The notes: generated by a model from the sequence alone, not told the origin. A stretch of DNA of 64,000 nucleotides from Bacteroidales bacterium (GCA_045592965.1 JAZNVS010000005.1:158-64157); one strand, 5' to 3'. Numbered from the stretch's first letter, positions 48,502 to 57,808 are shown. Made by a program: numbers and translations.

Positions 48502-48556
48502 CAGTGAATTTGAAAAGTTCCGAAAAAAAATTATCCATCAAAACAAACATTTTATC

Positions 48557-49717
48557 GTGAGTGTAGATTTTAATTTCAATCAACTGAGTTTCATAATTCT
48601 GATAGTATTCGTCGCAGCTTGGTTAGTTCAGATGCTATATCATTGGCTGCTATTCCGTCGTATAGCATTTTATAAGAAAAAGGAGAAAAACGAAAGTCTG
48701 GAGCCGGTGTCGGTAATAGTGTGCGCTCGCGATGCCTACGAATATCTCCTCGACTTGATTCCAGCGGTCTTGTCGCAAGATTATCCAGAATTTGAACTCG
48801 TGATTGTCAACGACTGCTCTCAAGACGACACCGAAGAATATCTGAAAGATTTGGCAAGAAACAATCCAAAGATAAATCTGGTAAATCTCACTCAGAATCT
48901 CAACTTCTTCAGAGGCAAGAAATTTCCTTTGAGTATGGGAATAAAATCAGCCAAATACGACCTACTTCTTCTCACCGACGCCGATTGTGTCCCAAACTCA
49001 AACCAGTGGATTAGAGGCATGGTAGGAGCTTATAGCAACAACACCGAAATTATCGTCGGATACGGACCATATTTTGAACGGAAAGGATTGTTGAACAAAC
49101 TTATCAGATTCGACACTTTGTACATCGCTATGCAGTATCTCTCTTTGGCATTGGCCCAAAAACCTTATATGGGAGTAGGAAGAAATCTTTCGTACAGAAA
49201 GAGCACCTTCATGAAAAACAAAGGATTCACCTCACACTACAATATACCTTCTGGTGACGATGATTTGTTTATCAGCCAGGTGGCAAACAAACACAACACC
49301 GACATATTCATCGATTCTGAGATAAGAGTCGAGTCGGAACCAAAGAGAACATGGGGTTCATGGATTCGTCAGAAGAGAAGACATTATTCCACAGGTGTAA
49401 AATACAAACCACACACCAACAGAGCCCTAGGTTTTTTATTAGGAAGCCGATTGGCATATTATCCAGCCTTGATAGCATTATTCTTCCTGCCTCACGCTTT
49501 TGACTTATCGATAGGAAATGCTTATTATTACGTAGTCATCGGACTTTTTGCTTTATTGCATTACATCACAATGTTCATAATCTACCATAAGTCGTCTAAG
49601 CAATTAGGAGAAAAACATTTAGGACTAATCTTCACTCCTTTCTATGATTGTTTCTTTATGGTTTTCACAACGGTGTTAGGATTTTGGAGCACGCTGTTTA
49701 AGCCCAAAGGATGGTGA
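48557..49717 (+). CDS. Family 2 glycosyltransferase (membrane-associated)
   Basis: 386 aa with a GTG start. GT-A signature VSVIVCARD...VIVNDCSQD...LLLTDADC, plus C-terminal TM helices. Confidence 0.8.
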   Translation: MSVDFNFNQLSFIILIVFVAAWLVQMLYHWLLFRRIAFYKKKEKNESLEPVSVIVCARDAYEYLLDLIPAVLSQDYPEFELVIVNDCSQDDTEEYLKDLARNNPKINLVNLTQNLNFFRGKKFPLSMGIKSAKYDLLLLTDADCVPNSNQWIRGMVGAYSNNTEIIVGYGPYFERKGLLNKLIRFDTLYIAMQYLSLALAQKPYMGVGRNLSYRKSTFMKNKGFTSHYNIPSGDDDLFISQVANKHNTDIFIDSEIRVESEPKRTWGSWIRQKRRHYSTGVKYKPHTNRALGFLLGSRLAYYPALIALFFLPHAFDLSIGNAYYYVVIGLFALLHYITMFIIYHKSSKQLGEKHLGLIFTPFYDCFFMVFTTVLGFWSTLFKPKGW

Positions 49718-49722
49718 TTTTC

Positions 49723-49802
49723 AATTCACAATTCACAATTCATAATTCATAATTGTCATCGAAAAAAAATTATGCATTATGCATTATAAATTATGAATTA
49801 TA
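49723..49802. repeat. Hairpin built from AATTCAC/AATTCAT heptamers and their complements (AATTATG/CATTATG)
   Basis: The left arm is 5 units (49723-49757), followed by the spacer catcgaaaaaa, then a right arm of 5 units (49768-49802). The arms are complementary at about 6 of 7 positions per unit. Confidence 0.8.
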
Positions 49803-49805
49803 TCT

Positions 49806-49813
49806 TATATTTG
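49806..49813 (+). promoter_or_regulatory. Bacteroidota -7 promoter box (TATATTTG) upstream of hutU
   Basis: TAnnTTTG match 39 nt upstream of the ATG at 49852. Confidence 0.5.
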
Positions 49814-49851
49814 CACATTATTAATTAAGCAGTAAATAAATACAGATATAT

Positions 49852-51846
49852 ATGAATGACTTTCAAAAAGAAATACTTGCGGGTATTCCCGACGAGTTAC
49901 CATGCGTGAAAGAATATGATTTGACAGTAAATCACGCACCAAAACGTAAAGACATTTTAACAAAAGAAGAGAAGAAGTTAGCTTTAAGAAATGCTCTTCG
50001 TTATTTTCCTGCAAAACATCACGCTACATTGGCTCCAGAGTTTGCAGAAGAATTGGAAAAATACGGACGCATCTATATGTATCGTTTCCGTCCTTCTTAC
50101 AAAATTTACGCTCGCCCTATCGAAGAGTATCCTGCTAAGTCGAGACAAGCAGCTGCCATCATGCTTATGATTCAAAACAACTTGGATCATGCTGTAGCAC
50201 AACATCCACACGAACTCATCACTTACGGCGGCAATGGCGCTGTCTTCCAAAACTGGGCTCAATATCGTCTCGTTATGCAATATCTCGCTAACATGACAGA
50301 AGAGCAAACCCTCGTGATGTATTCTGGTCACCCAATGGGATTGTTCCCATCACATAAAGACGCTCCTCGCGTTATCGTGACAAACGGCATGATGATTCCT
50401 AATTATTCTAAACCAGACGATTGGGAGAGATTCAACGCTATGGGTGTTACACAATACGGACAGATGACAGCTGGTTCTTACATGTACATCGGACCACAAG
50501 GCATCGTTCACGGAACAACAATCACAGTTTTGAACGCTTCAAGAAAACAAGGCGGCACTCCAGCTGGCAAGTTATTCATCACTGCAGGTCTCGGCGGCAT
50601 GTCAGGCGCTCAGCCTAAAGCAGGTAACATCGCTGGCGTCGTTTCTATCACAGCTGAAATCAACCCAAGCGCAACCGACAAACGTCACAGCCAAGGCTGG
50701 GTCGATGAGGTATACAGCGACTTAGACGAATTGTTCGCTAAAGTTAATGAAGCACGCGCTAACAAGATTGCTCGTTCTTTCGCTTATCAAGGTAATGTCG
50801 TTGACCTTTGGGAATATGCAGCAGAACACGACATCCAAGTCGACTTAGGTTCCGACCAGACTTCATTACATAATCCATTCGCTGGCGGTTACTATCCAGT
50901 AGGTTATTCATTCGAAGAGTCAAAACAAATGATGGCAGAAGCTCCAGAAAAATTCAAAGACGCTGTCTATGCTTCATTACGTCGTCATGTCGCTGCTGTC
51001 AACAAACTCACAGCAAAAGGCATGTACTTCTTCGACTACGGCAATGCATTCTTGTTAGAGAGCAGCCGTGCTGGTGCCGACATCCTCAACGCTGACGGCA
51101 AATTCCGTTATCCTTCATACGTACAAGACATCATGGGTCCTATGTATTTCGACTACGGCTTCGGTCCTTTCCGTTGGGTATGTACCTCTGGCAAAGAAGA
51201 AGACCTCGCCGTCACTGACGAAATAGCATGCAACGTCCTCGAAGAAATAGCAAAGAACTCTCCAGCAGATATTCAACAGCAAATGCACGACAACATCCAA
51301 TGGATTAAAGGCGCTCGCGCTAACAAATTGGTTGTTGGCTCACAAGCACGTATCTTATACGCCGACTGTGAAGGTCGTACAAAGATTGCCGCTGAATTCA
51401 ACAAGGCTATCGCCGACGGTCGTCTCTCAGCACCTGTTGTTTTAGGCAGAGACCACCACGACGTTTCTGGTACAGACTCTCCATTCCGTGAGACATCTAA
51501 CATCTACGACGGTTCTTCATTCACAGCCGACATGGCAATCCACAACGTCATCGGCGACGGATTCAGAGGCGCCACATGGGTAAGTATCCATAATGGCGGA
51601 GGCGTAGGCTGGGGCGAAGTTATCAACGGCGGCTTCGGCATGGTCCTCGACGGAAGCGACGATGCTGACAGAAGATTACACTGCATGTTACATTGGGATG
51701 TCAACAACGGTATCGCTCGTAGAAGCTGGGCAAGAAACGAACCTGCCATGTTCGCTATTAAACGAGCTATGGAAGTGGAACCACGTCTCAAAGTTACAAT
51801 GCCTAACTTCGCGGATGACAGTTTGATTGACGGCATTATAAAATAA
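49852..51846 (+). CDS. hutU: Urocanate hydratase
   Basis: 664 aa with urocanase hallmarks (YGGNGAVFQNW, GLGGMSGAQP, GRDHHDVSGTDSPFRETSN). Confidence 0.95.
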   Translation: MNDFQKEILAGIPDELPCVKEYDLTVNHAPKRKDILTKEEKKLALRNALRYFPAKHHATLAPEFAEELEKYGRIYMYRFRPSYKIYARPIEEYPAKSRQAAAIMLMIQNNLDHAVAQHPHELITYGGNGAVFQNWAQYRLVMQYLANMTEEQTLVMYSGHPMGLFPSHKDAPRVIVTNGMMIPNYSKPDDWERFNAMGVTQYGQMTAGSYMYIGPQGIVHGTTITVLNASRKQGGTPAGKLFITAGLGGMSGAQPKAGNIAGVVSITAEINPSATDKRHSQGWVDEVYSDLDELFAKVNEARANKIARSFAYQGNVVDLWEYAAEHDIQVDLGSDQTSLHNPFAGGYYPVGYSFEESKQMMAEAPEKFKDAVYASLRRHVAAVNKLTAKGMYFFDYGNAFLLESSRAGADILNADGKFRYPSYVQDIMGPMYFDYGFGPFRWVCTSGKEEDLAVTDEIACNVLEEIAKNSPADIQQQMHDNIQWIKGARANKLVVGSQARILYADCEGRTKIAAEFNKAIADGRLSAPVVLGRDHHDVSGTDSPFRETSNIYDGSSFTADMAIHNVIGDGFRGATWVSIHNGGGVGWGEVINGGFGMVLDGSDDADRRLHCMLHWDVNNGIARRSWARNEPAMFAIKRAMEVEPRLKVTMPNFADDSLIDGIIK

Positions 51847-51852
51847 TATAGT

Positions 51853-51921
51853 TTAAAGTTTAAGGCTTAAGGTTTAAGGTTGAGTTAAATTACCTTAAAC
51901 TTTAATCCTTGAGCTTTAAAA
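51853..51921. repeat. Hairpin built from TTTAAGG/CTTAAGG heptamers, downstream of hutU
   Basis: The left arm TTTAAAGTTTAAGGCTTAAGGTTTAAGGT pairs with the right arm ACCTTAAACTTTAATCCTTGAGCTTTAAA (4 mismatches in 29). Same heptamer word as the tig-downstream hairpin. Confidence 0.75.
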
Positions 51922-52020
51922 TAGAAAAAAAACAGCACGATATTTGTGTTTTTCGAAACGTAATAAAAAATAATTAACAGGAAAATTAAATAAATTATTA
52001 ACTTAAAAATTATAAAAAAG

Positions 52021-52761
52021 ATGAGAAAATTTTTACTTTCATTAGTACTTGTAGCAATGGCAGGTTTTGCATCTGCACAAACATTAAAATTTGAACGTCT
52101 CAACCACGACATGCAGGTTGAAGGTGAAATCCAACCAGGCAGATTTGAAGTTATCGGTAACATCAGCGACTTTTACGAATTAACATTCGATATGTATGTC
52201 ACAAACATTGGTGATGAAAATGTCACTATCACATGCGAAAGAATCGTTACATCTCCAGAAACTGGTTCTAACTATTTCTGCTGGGGTACATGTTTCTCAC
52301 CACAAATCTCACAAGGCGATGTTACTTTAGAACCAGGAGTACCAAACATTTTCAACGCTCACTTCGCTCCAGTAGATGAAAACTGGACTCCAATACCATA
52401 TACAGATATTACAATCGAATATCATTTCTATGAAAGAACAGGCGAGCACATGGTATTCGAAATTTATTTCGAATACAATCCAGATTCAGTAGAAGAAAAC
52501 TTCAGCAATGTATTCAGTAACGCATATCCTAACCCAGCAAACAATGTTGTAAGCTTCGACTATGACATGCCATTCAATGCACAAACAGCATCAGTAGCAA
52601 TCTACAACATGATGGGTCAAGAAGTCATCAGACAAGATGTTAACGTTGACGGTTCAAGATTAGACATCAACGTAAGCGACTTAACAGACGGAGTATATTT
52701 CTACAGCTTAATCGTTAACAACGAAACTGTAAAGACAAACAAACTCGTTATTTCTAAGTAA
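52021..52761 (+). CDS. Small secreted protein with T9SS C-terminal sorting domain
   Basis: 246 aa with a signal peptide. C-terminal CTD: AYPNPANNVVSFDY...GVYFYSLIVNNETVKTNKLVISK. Confidence 0.6.
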   Translation: MRKFLLSLVLVAMAGFASAQTLKFERLNHDMQVEGEIQPGRFEVIGNISDFYELTFDMYVTNIGDENVTITCERIVTSPETGSNYFCWGTCFSPQISQGDVTLEPGVPNIFNAHFAPVDENWTPIPYTDITIEYHFYERTGEHMVFEIYFEYNPDSVEENFSNVFSNAYPNPANNVVSFDYDMPFNAQTASVAIYNMMGQEVIRQDVNVDGSRLDINVSDLTDGVYFYSLIVNNETVKTNKLVISK

Positions 52762-52782
52762 GACCACAAGTCAACAAGTTTA

Positions 52783-52817
52783 AGAGCGTCCTATTTAAAT
52801 GGGACGCTCTTTTTTTT
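52783..52817 (+). terminator. Intrinsic terminator of the T9SS cargo gene
   Basis: AGAGCGTCC-tatttaaatg-GGACGCTCT followed by T7. Perfect 9-bp stem. Confidence 0.8.
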
Positions 52818-52833
52818 GAGGCTATATGACAAC

Positions 52834-52878
52834 AAAAAAAAAGAAACCGCCTAACTTTTGATTGTCAGACAGTTTCTT
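52834..52878 (-). terminator. Probable intrinsic terminator of the OMP/TolB-like operon
   Basis: The minus strand reads AAGAAAC...(loop)...GTTTCTT followed by T9. The loop is long, so support is moderate. Confidence 0.55.
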
Positions 52879-52902
52879 CATTATTAGTTGGAACTGATAA
52901 TA

Positions 52903-53490
52903 TCAATATTTATACATTGAATTATCCAAGGCGTTTTTAATCTTTCTCATAGGAATCTGATAATGTATAGATAACACCGTAGCAAAAAAACCCGAACGTT
53001 CCGCTATTACATTAAAACCTATAGGTATAATCTCTATGCAAAAGTCGCGAATATTCACGCCTAAGCTAAGCGCATTATACAATCCTACTCGGGCACCTAT
53101 ATACGGAGCACATTTTTTCAAAGGCAAATGCGCACGAAAATCTAAATAAAGATCATAATAGACATCCCCCCAATCCCAAATAACACTCACGCCCGTACCT
53201 AAGCCAAGATATACAACAGGGCTTAATCTGTAACCATAGTTTAAGTGAATATCACCATAAACACCTTCATGATCATAGTAATAGTAACCATACTTATAAT
53301 TTCCATAACCTATAAGACCAGCATCTATACTAAGCAACCATCCTTTTTGGTAGGTATCAGAATGTGTATTGTTCAGCGACATTTTATTATCGCTATTATA
53401 TCCATAATTTGGCTTCCCTCCCACCAACTGTGCATAGGCAGAAGTAGTGATAAAGAAGCAAGTGCATAAAACAAGTAAGATTTTTTTCAT
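52903..53490 (-). CDS. Small outer-membrane beta-barrel protein (hypothetical)
   Basis: 195 aa with a signal peptide (MKKILLVLCTCFFITTSAYA), Gly/Tyr-rich alternating strands and a C-terminal aromatic residue. Confidence 0.5.
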   Translation of the reverse strand: MKKILLVLCTCFFITTSAYAQLVGGKPNYGYNSDNKMSLNNTHSDTYQKGWLLSIDAGLIGYGNYKYGYYYYDHEGVYGDIHLNYGYRLSPVVYLGLGTGVSVIWDWGDVYYDLYLDFRAHLPLKKCAPYIGARVGLYNALSLGVNIRDFCIEIIPIGFNVIAERSGFFATVLSIHYQIPMRKIKNALDNSMYKY

Positions 53491-53508
53491 AACAATAAAT
53501 CTAAAAGA

Positions 53509-54504
53509 TTATAAATCGAAATTCATTTTCCAGATATTATATTCACCATTTTGGCTACCACGTTGGGAGAGGAAATATATAGACTTACCGTCTTTAGACC
53601 ATACTGGAGAGCAATCATGACCTTTATGATAAGTGAGTTGAGTTAGATTGGTTCCGTTAGAACGCACCACGTATATATCAAGGTTTTCTTCTCTACTATT
53701 TCCATCAGGTATAGTATTGCTAACCATCAATATCCATTCACCATCAGGAGAGAGTGATGCCGTTGTAAAGCTATGGTCATCTTGACTCACCAACAAAGAT
53801 TCGGTACCTTTTTTATAGTTTACAGCCCATATCTCATGATTTCCTGTAGAATTTTGACGAGCACAAAGGAATTCATCACTGCTAATAGGGAAAGGTGTTA
53901 ATCCGTAGCAATAATTACTTAAAGCCATTGTTTTCAAGTCGTAACTCCAGATAGAATAGTTATCTCTGTCGGCGCGTGAAAAGAATATCTTACTTCCATC
54001 TTTAGAATATGCTGGAGCATAATCCGACACATTCTGAGGAGAGATACGTTGCACTACAGTTCCCTGTTTTGCACTTGTAATATAAAGATAACTATTATTA
54101 CCATCAATTTCGCTAAAGCAGATAGTCTCAGCATCAGGAGAGATTGCCACATCATTTACTTTTGAGCGGAAAGTACGCTGTATAGAAGCTCCTTTTTCGT
54201 TTAATGATTTTATAAAGATATTTCTTCGTTCATTTTTATACACATTATACGCAATAAAATTACCATCTTTAGATATACATATCAAAGGATTTGCCCACCA
54301 ACGCAAACGAGAATGATTATCTCTATAAACATTAGGATTTGTTATCTGCTCTATAGTTTCATCTGTTATTTTAACAAAATTCCTACCACCCTCTTCTGGT
54401 ACAGATAGATTAGACGTGTTGATAACATTTTGCACTGGCATACAAGAAACCGCAACAATTGCCCATAATGACAAAGCAATCATGGAAAGATTTATTTTCT
54501 TCAT
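53509..54504 (-). CDS. TolB-like beta-propeller lipoprotein (PD40/WD40-like repeats)
   Basis: 331 aa with lipobox AVSC and repeated S(P/K)DG..I.F.S blades (SKDGNFIAY, SPDAETICFS, SKDGSKIFFS, SPDGEWILMVS, SKDGKSIYFLS). Confidence 0.65.
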   Translation of the reverse strand: MKKINLSMIALSLWAIVAVSCMPVQNVINTSNLSVPEEGGRNFVKITDETIEQITNPNVYRDNHSRLRWWANPLICISKDGNFIAYNVYKNERRNIFIKSLNEKGASIQRTFRSKVNDVAISPDAETICFSEIDGNNSYLYITSAKQGTVVQRISPQNVSDYAPAYSKDGSKIFFSRADRDNYSIWSYDLKTMALSNYCYGLTPFPISSDEFLCARQNSTGNHEIWAVNYKKGTESLLVSQDDHSFTTASLSPDGEWILMVSNTIPDGNSREENLDIYVVRSNGTNLTQLTYHKGHDCSPVWSKDGKSIYFLSQRGSQNGEYNIWKMNFDL

Positions 54505-54565
54505 TTTATTAAGCCCTATTTTGTGTCGGGAACAACTTTTAAATTGATTATAACATAAAGTACAC

Positions 54566-54743
54566 GAGTTCTAAACAAGAACTCAGTGAAAGTTTTATAC
54601 CTTATTGATATAACATATTTAAGTAATGTATAACGACTAATTCTTTACATAATATAACGTGTGATTTTTTTTATCACATCTAAAAGATATGTAATATTTT
54701 TTATTACTTTTGCGTATCTTCGCTGAGTTCTTGTTTAGAACTC
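54566..54743. promoter_or_regulatory. Candidate invertible promoter segment bounded by a perfect 21-bp inverted repeat
   Basis: GAGTTCTAAACAAGAACTCAG (54566-54586) is the exact reverse complement of CTGAGTTCTTGTTTAGAACTC (54723-54743). The 136-bp core carries TACTTTTG (54705-54712, + strand) pointing away from the TolB-like gene. A recombinase relic is adjacent. Confidence 0.5.
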
Positions 54744-55263
54744 ATAGATTCAAACAATCTATAACTTTTCTATTTGACTCATCTATCAAACTATGATTCA
54801 GTTCCTTCAGATAAATATTGGTGGTCATTTCGTTACTATGTCCCATTCCAGCACTTATAATCGAGATATTGATTTCATGTTTACTCGCCACTGTCGCCCA
54901 AGAATAACGAGATAGAGTTTCTCGACAAACCTCTATCTTCAAGATATAATGAATATTCTTTTATAAGACATTCGTTAAGCTGCGAAAGCAGAATATCCTT
55001 ACCATTAAGAAAGCTATTAAAATATTATATGTCTTTTGATAATTCTTCGCTGTACCGAAACGTTTTTCTTTTTCTAACAGAGTAATTTGTTTACTCATAA
55101 AATTGAGCATTAGATTTTTTTGACTCACCGTTTTGGTATGAGATGCTCTTTCATTGGAATAAATTCTTTTTGTTAAATATACAATATACTTCTTTAACAA
55201 ATTTTTAATCTTTGTCATTTTCATAATATTTTCTTTCTGAATTAACGAAAATAACAAATACAT
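54742..55263 (-). pseudogene. Decayed tyrosine recombinase/integrase (frameshift plus large internal deletion)
   Basis: The two track ORFs (54961..55263 and 54742..54942) carry the N-terminal SAM-like part (RFGTAKNYQKTYNILIAFL) and the C-terminal box (RYSWATVA...GMGHSNEMTTNIYL). Shifting frame at about 55010 reads through as NGKDILLSQLNECLIKEYSLYLEDRGLSRNSIS. Most of the catalytic core is absent. Confidence 0.7.
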
Positions 55264-55303
55264 TTTATACTAATTCGAGATCTCATCTTTCCTCAAGAGT
55301 GGA

Positions 55304-55339
55304 CAAAAAAAGACGCCACATTTTTAAAGTGACGTCTTT
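55304..55339 (-). terminator. Intrinsic terminator of rny
   Basis: The minus strand reads AAAGACGTCAC-tttaaaaat-GTGGCGTCTTT followed by T-run TTTTTTT. 11-bp stem with one mismatch. Confidence 0.75.
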
Positions 55340-55356
55340 ACTTATAATCTTACAGA

Positions 55357-55380
55357 CTTATTGTCTTATTGTCTCATTGT
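55357..55380. repeat. Octanucleotide repeat (CTTATTGT) x3
   Basis: CTTATTGT CTTATTGT CTCATTGT, immediately downstream of the rny stop. Confidence 0.7.
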
Positions 55381-55383
55381 CTT

Positions 55384-56955
55384 TTACTTTGCAAAGCTGA
55401 CTGCTCTTGTCTCTCTGATGACAGTGATTTTGATTTGACCTGGATATGTCATCTCTGTCTGGATTTGTTTAGAGAGGTCGAATGAGATGCGGTCGGCGTC
55501 GGTGTCGCTCACTTTATCTGCTGCTACGATAACGCGGAGTTCGCGACCAGCCTGGATAGCGTATGTCTTCACGACGCCAGGGAAAGCCATTGCCATCTCT
55601 TCGAGTTTATTGAGGCGTTGGATGTAAGCCTCGACCACTTCGCGGCGTGCGCCTGGACGTGCGCCAGAGATAGCGTCGCACACTTGAACGATAGGAGCGA
55701 TGAGAGTTTCCATCTCAATCTCGTCGTGGTGAGCACCGATAGCGTTACATACGTCTGCTTTTTCTTTATACTTCTCAGCAGTCTTCATACCGAGGATTGC
55801 GTGTGGCAATTCTTCGTCGTTTTCTGCCACCTTACCGATGTCGTGGAGGAGACCAGCACGTTTAGCTGTCTTAGGATTCAGTCCGAGTTCTGCTGCCATT
55901 GAAGAACTAAGTTTAGCAACTTCTATTGAGTGTTGTAACAAGTTCTGTCCGTATGATGAACGATATTTCATACGACCTATCATTCTGATAAGCTCAGGGC
56001 TGAGGTTATGGATACCAAGGTCTATAACAGTGCGTTTACCTGTCTCTATGATTTCTTGTTCCACTTGTTTTTCGACTTTCTTCACCACCTCTTCGATACG
56101 AGCTGGATGGATGCGGCCATCGGTGACGAGTTTTTGGAGAGAGAGGCGAGCCACTTCACGGCGTATTGGGTCGAAGCCTGAGAGCAAGATAGCGTCAGGG
56201 CTGTCGTCGATGATAATTTCAACGCCGGTAAGAGATTCCAAAGCGCGGATGTTTCTACCTTCACGACCGATGATACGACCTTTAATCTCGTCGTTTTCAA
56301 TATTAAATACAGATACTGTATTTTCGATAGCGTGTTCTGCTGCTGTTCGTTGAATAGTCTCGAGGACGATTTTCTTAGCTTCTTGGTTAGCCGACATCTT
56401 AGCTTCTTCGACTATTTCTCTTGAGAGCACCATAGCTTCAGCAGTAGCTTCGTCTCTCATCATTTCTTTAAGCTGGTCTTTAGCTTCAAGAGCTGAGAGA
56501 CCTGAGATAGATTCCAAGAGTTTCTTTTGTTCATCCTGAATCTTATCCAATTCAGCTTGGCGTTTATGAAGGTTTTCCTGTTGAGCAGAGAGGCTTTGTT
56601 GTTGGCTTCTCACCTCATTAACTTTTTTACGAAGTTCTTCTTCGCGTTGGTTAACTTGCTGCTGTTGTTGTTGGATTTTTGATTCCAGTTTTTGGATTTC
56701 GCGTTTGCGTTCGTTAGTTTCCTTCTCATAGTCGGCTTTCATCTGTAAGAATTTCTCTTTAGCCTGAAGGATTTTGTCTTTTCTAATTACTTCTGCTTTT
56801 TCCTTAGCTTCTTCTAAAAGCTGAACACTTTTCTTTGTCAATGCGTTACGCATTACCGTTGATGACAACAAGATACCGATTCCTGCGCCAATCACTAGAG
56901 CTGCTACGCTTAAAACAACGTAGGTTACTGGAGCACTTAATGTTAGTAAAATCAT
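55384..56955 (-). CDS. rny: Ribonuclease Y
   Basis: 523 aa with an N-terminal TM helix, a long coiled coil, a KH domain ([15 protein letters not shown]) and an HD domain (LLHDIGK). Confidence 0.95.
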   Translation of the reverse strand: MILLTLSAPVTYVVLSVAALVIGAGIGILLSSTVMRNALTKKSVQLLEEAKEKAEVIRKDKILQAKEKFLQMKADYEKETNERKREIQKLESKIQQQQQQVNQREEELRKKVNEVRSQQQSLSAQQENLHKRQAELDKIQDEQKKLLESISGLSALEAKDQLKEMMRDEATAEAMVLSREIVEEAKMSANQEAKKIVLETIQRTAAEHAIENTVSVFNIENDEIKGRIIGREGRNIRALESLTGVEIIIDDSPDAILLSGFDPIRREVARLSLQKLVTDGRIHPARIEEVVKKVEKQVEQEIIETGKRTVIDLGIHNLSPELIRMIGRMKYRSSYGQNLLQHSIEVAKLSSSMAAELGLNPKTAKRAGLLHDIGKVAENDEELPHAILGMKTAEKYKEKADVCNAIGAHHDEIEMETLIAPIVQVCDAISGARPGARREVVEAYIQRLNKLEEMAMAFPGVVKTYAIQAGRELRVIVAADKVSDTDADRISFDLSKQIQTEMTYPGQIKITVIRETRAVSFAK

Positions 56956-56989
56956 TTTTTAATTAAATTAAACTCGAGAACGGAAAGAG

Positions 56990-57173
56990 AAAAAAATCTG
57001 TCTGCTCCGGGATAGTAAACCCGAAAAAGTCACGTTTATGGCTGCCACGATACGCAAACGTCCACTGGCGTTAAAGCACCTTTGCAGGTTGAGGCCTGTT
57101 TTTATACCCATGAGCGAACCGGAATTATGGTAAATTAATTGTTAGGTTTACATCATGCGACGAACAGACAGAT
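56990..57173 (-). ncRNA. ssrS: Candidate 6S RNA (SsrS)
   Basis: About 184-nt non-coding stretch between zapA and rny. The 5' end ATCTGTCTGTTCG pairs with the 3' end CGGAGCAGACAGAT, followed by a T7 run. Size, closing stem and position downstream of zapA match 6S RNA. The internal bubble was not verified. Confidence 0.5.
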
Positions 57174-57193
57174 AAATCTTATCAAAGAACGTT

Positions 57194-57496
57194 TCACTTA
57201 GAATCTATGTTTTCACTTAACAAAACACTTATGTCGTCGAGTTTCTGTTCCAAATATTGATCTTTATATGCGGCATCTGATTCATATTTCACATTGAGCG
57301 TTGCCAACTGAAGACACACCATAGACAATAAATCCTGATAATCTCTATAGTCGTAGGTCTTCTTATAAGACTTCACCCTATCATTAAGAACCTCAGCTGC
57401 CTTAATCACTTTTTCTTCATCAGCTTTTTTTATAGTCAGACGATAACTACGCTCTGCAATAATGACATTTATCTTTATTTCATCTAACTCGTTCAT
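57194..57496 (-). CDS. zapA: Cell division protein ZapA
   Basis: 100 aa. INVIIAERSYRLTIKKADEEKVIKAAEVLNDRV and the following coiled coil are typical of ZapA. Confidence 0.8.
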   Translation of the reverse strand: MNELDEIKINVIIAERSYRLTIKKADEEKVIKAAEVLNDRVKSYKKTYDYRDYQDLLSMVCLQLATLNVKYESDAAYKDQYLEQKLDDISVLLSENIDSK

Positions 57497-57514
57497 CTCG
57501 CCTGAATTTATATA

Positions 57515-57808
57515 CTACTGCTCAGCATTCAACATTGCAACACACCTATCGATTTCCTTAATAAGTGTTTTTATTAACTGCCTACTTTCTCCTACCTCTT
57601 TATCGTTGTCGAGTACGTTAACAATAACTAATTTATTTATTTTTTCCTTCAATTCTGAATTCTCAGTAGTGAGTATCTCGAGTTCCATCTCAAGTTCCTC
57701 ATTCCTTTGAATAAGCCTACTATTCTCATCTTCGAGCTGATTCTTCAGTGCAATGAGCTTTCTTACCTTTAACTCTATTTCCGAAAGTGTTACACTTAAA
57801 TCTGCCAT
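57515..57808 (-). CDS. Small coiled-coil protein (hypothetical, ZapB-like architecture)
   Basis: 97 aa with heptad-rich Leu/Glu sequence, 18 nt upstream of zapA on the same strand. Confidence 0.5.
   Translation of the reverse strand: MADLSVTLSEIELKVRKLIALKNQLEDENSRLIQRNEELEMELEILTTENSELKEKINKLVIVNVLDNDKEVGESRQLIKTLIKEIDRCVAMLNAEQ

Noticed and set aside
54742-55263. Two adjacent small minus-strand ORFs (66 and 100 aa) considered as a toxin-antitoxin pair
   Set aside because: Both are fragments of one tyrosine recombinase (SAM-like N-domain and C-terminal catalytic box) separated by a frameshift and a deletion.
52021-55263. Accessory-looking patch considered as an integrated mobile element or prophage remnant
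   Set aside because: It holds only a decayed recombinase. There are no phage, conjugation or transposase genes, no tRNA-adjacent att-like direct repeats, and the flanking genes are ordinary.
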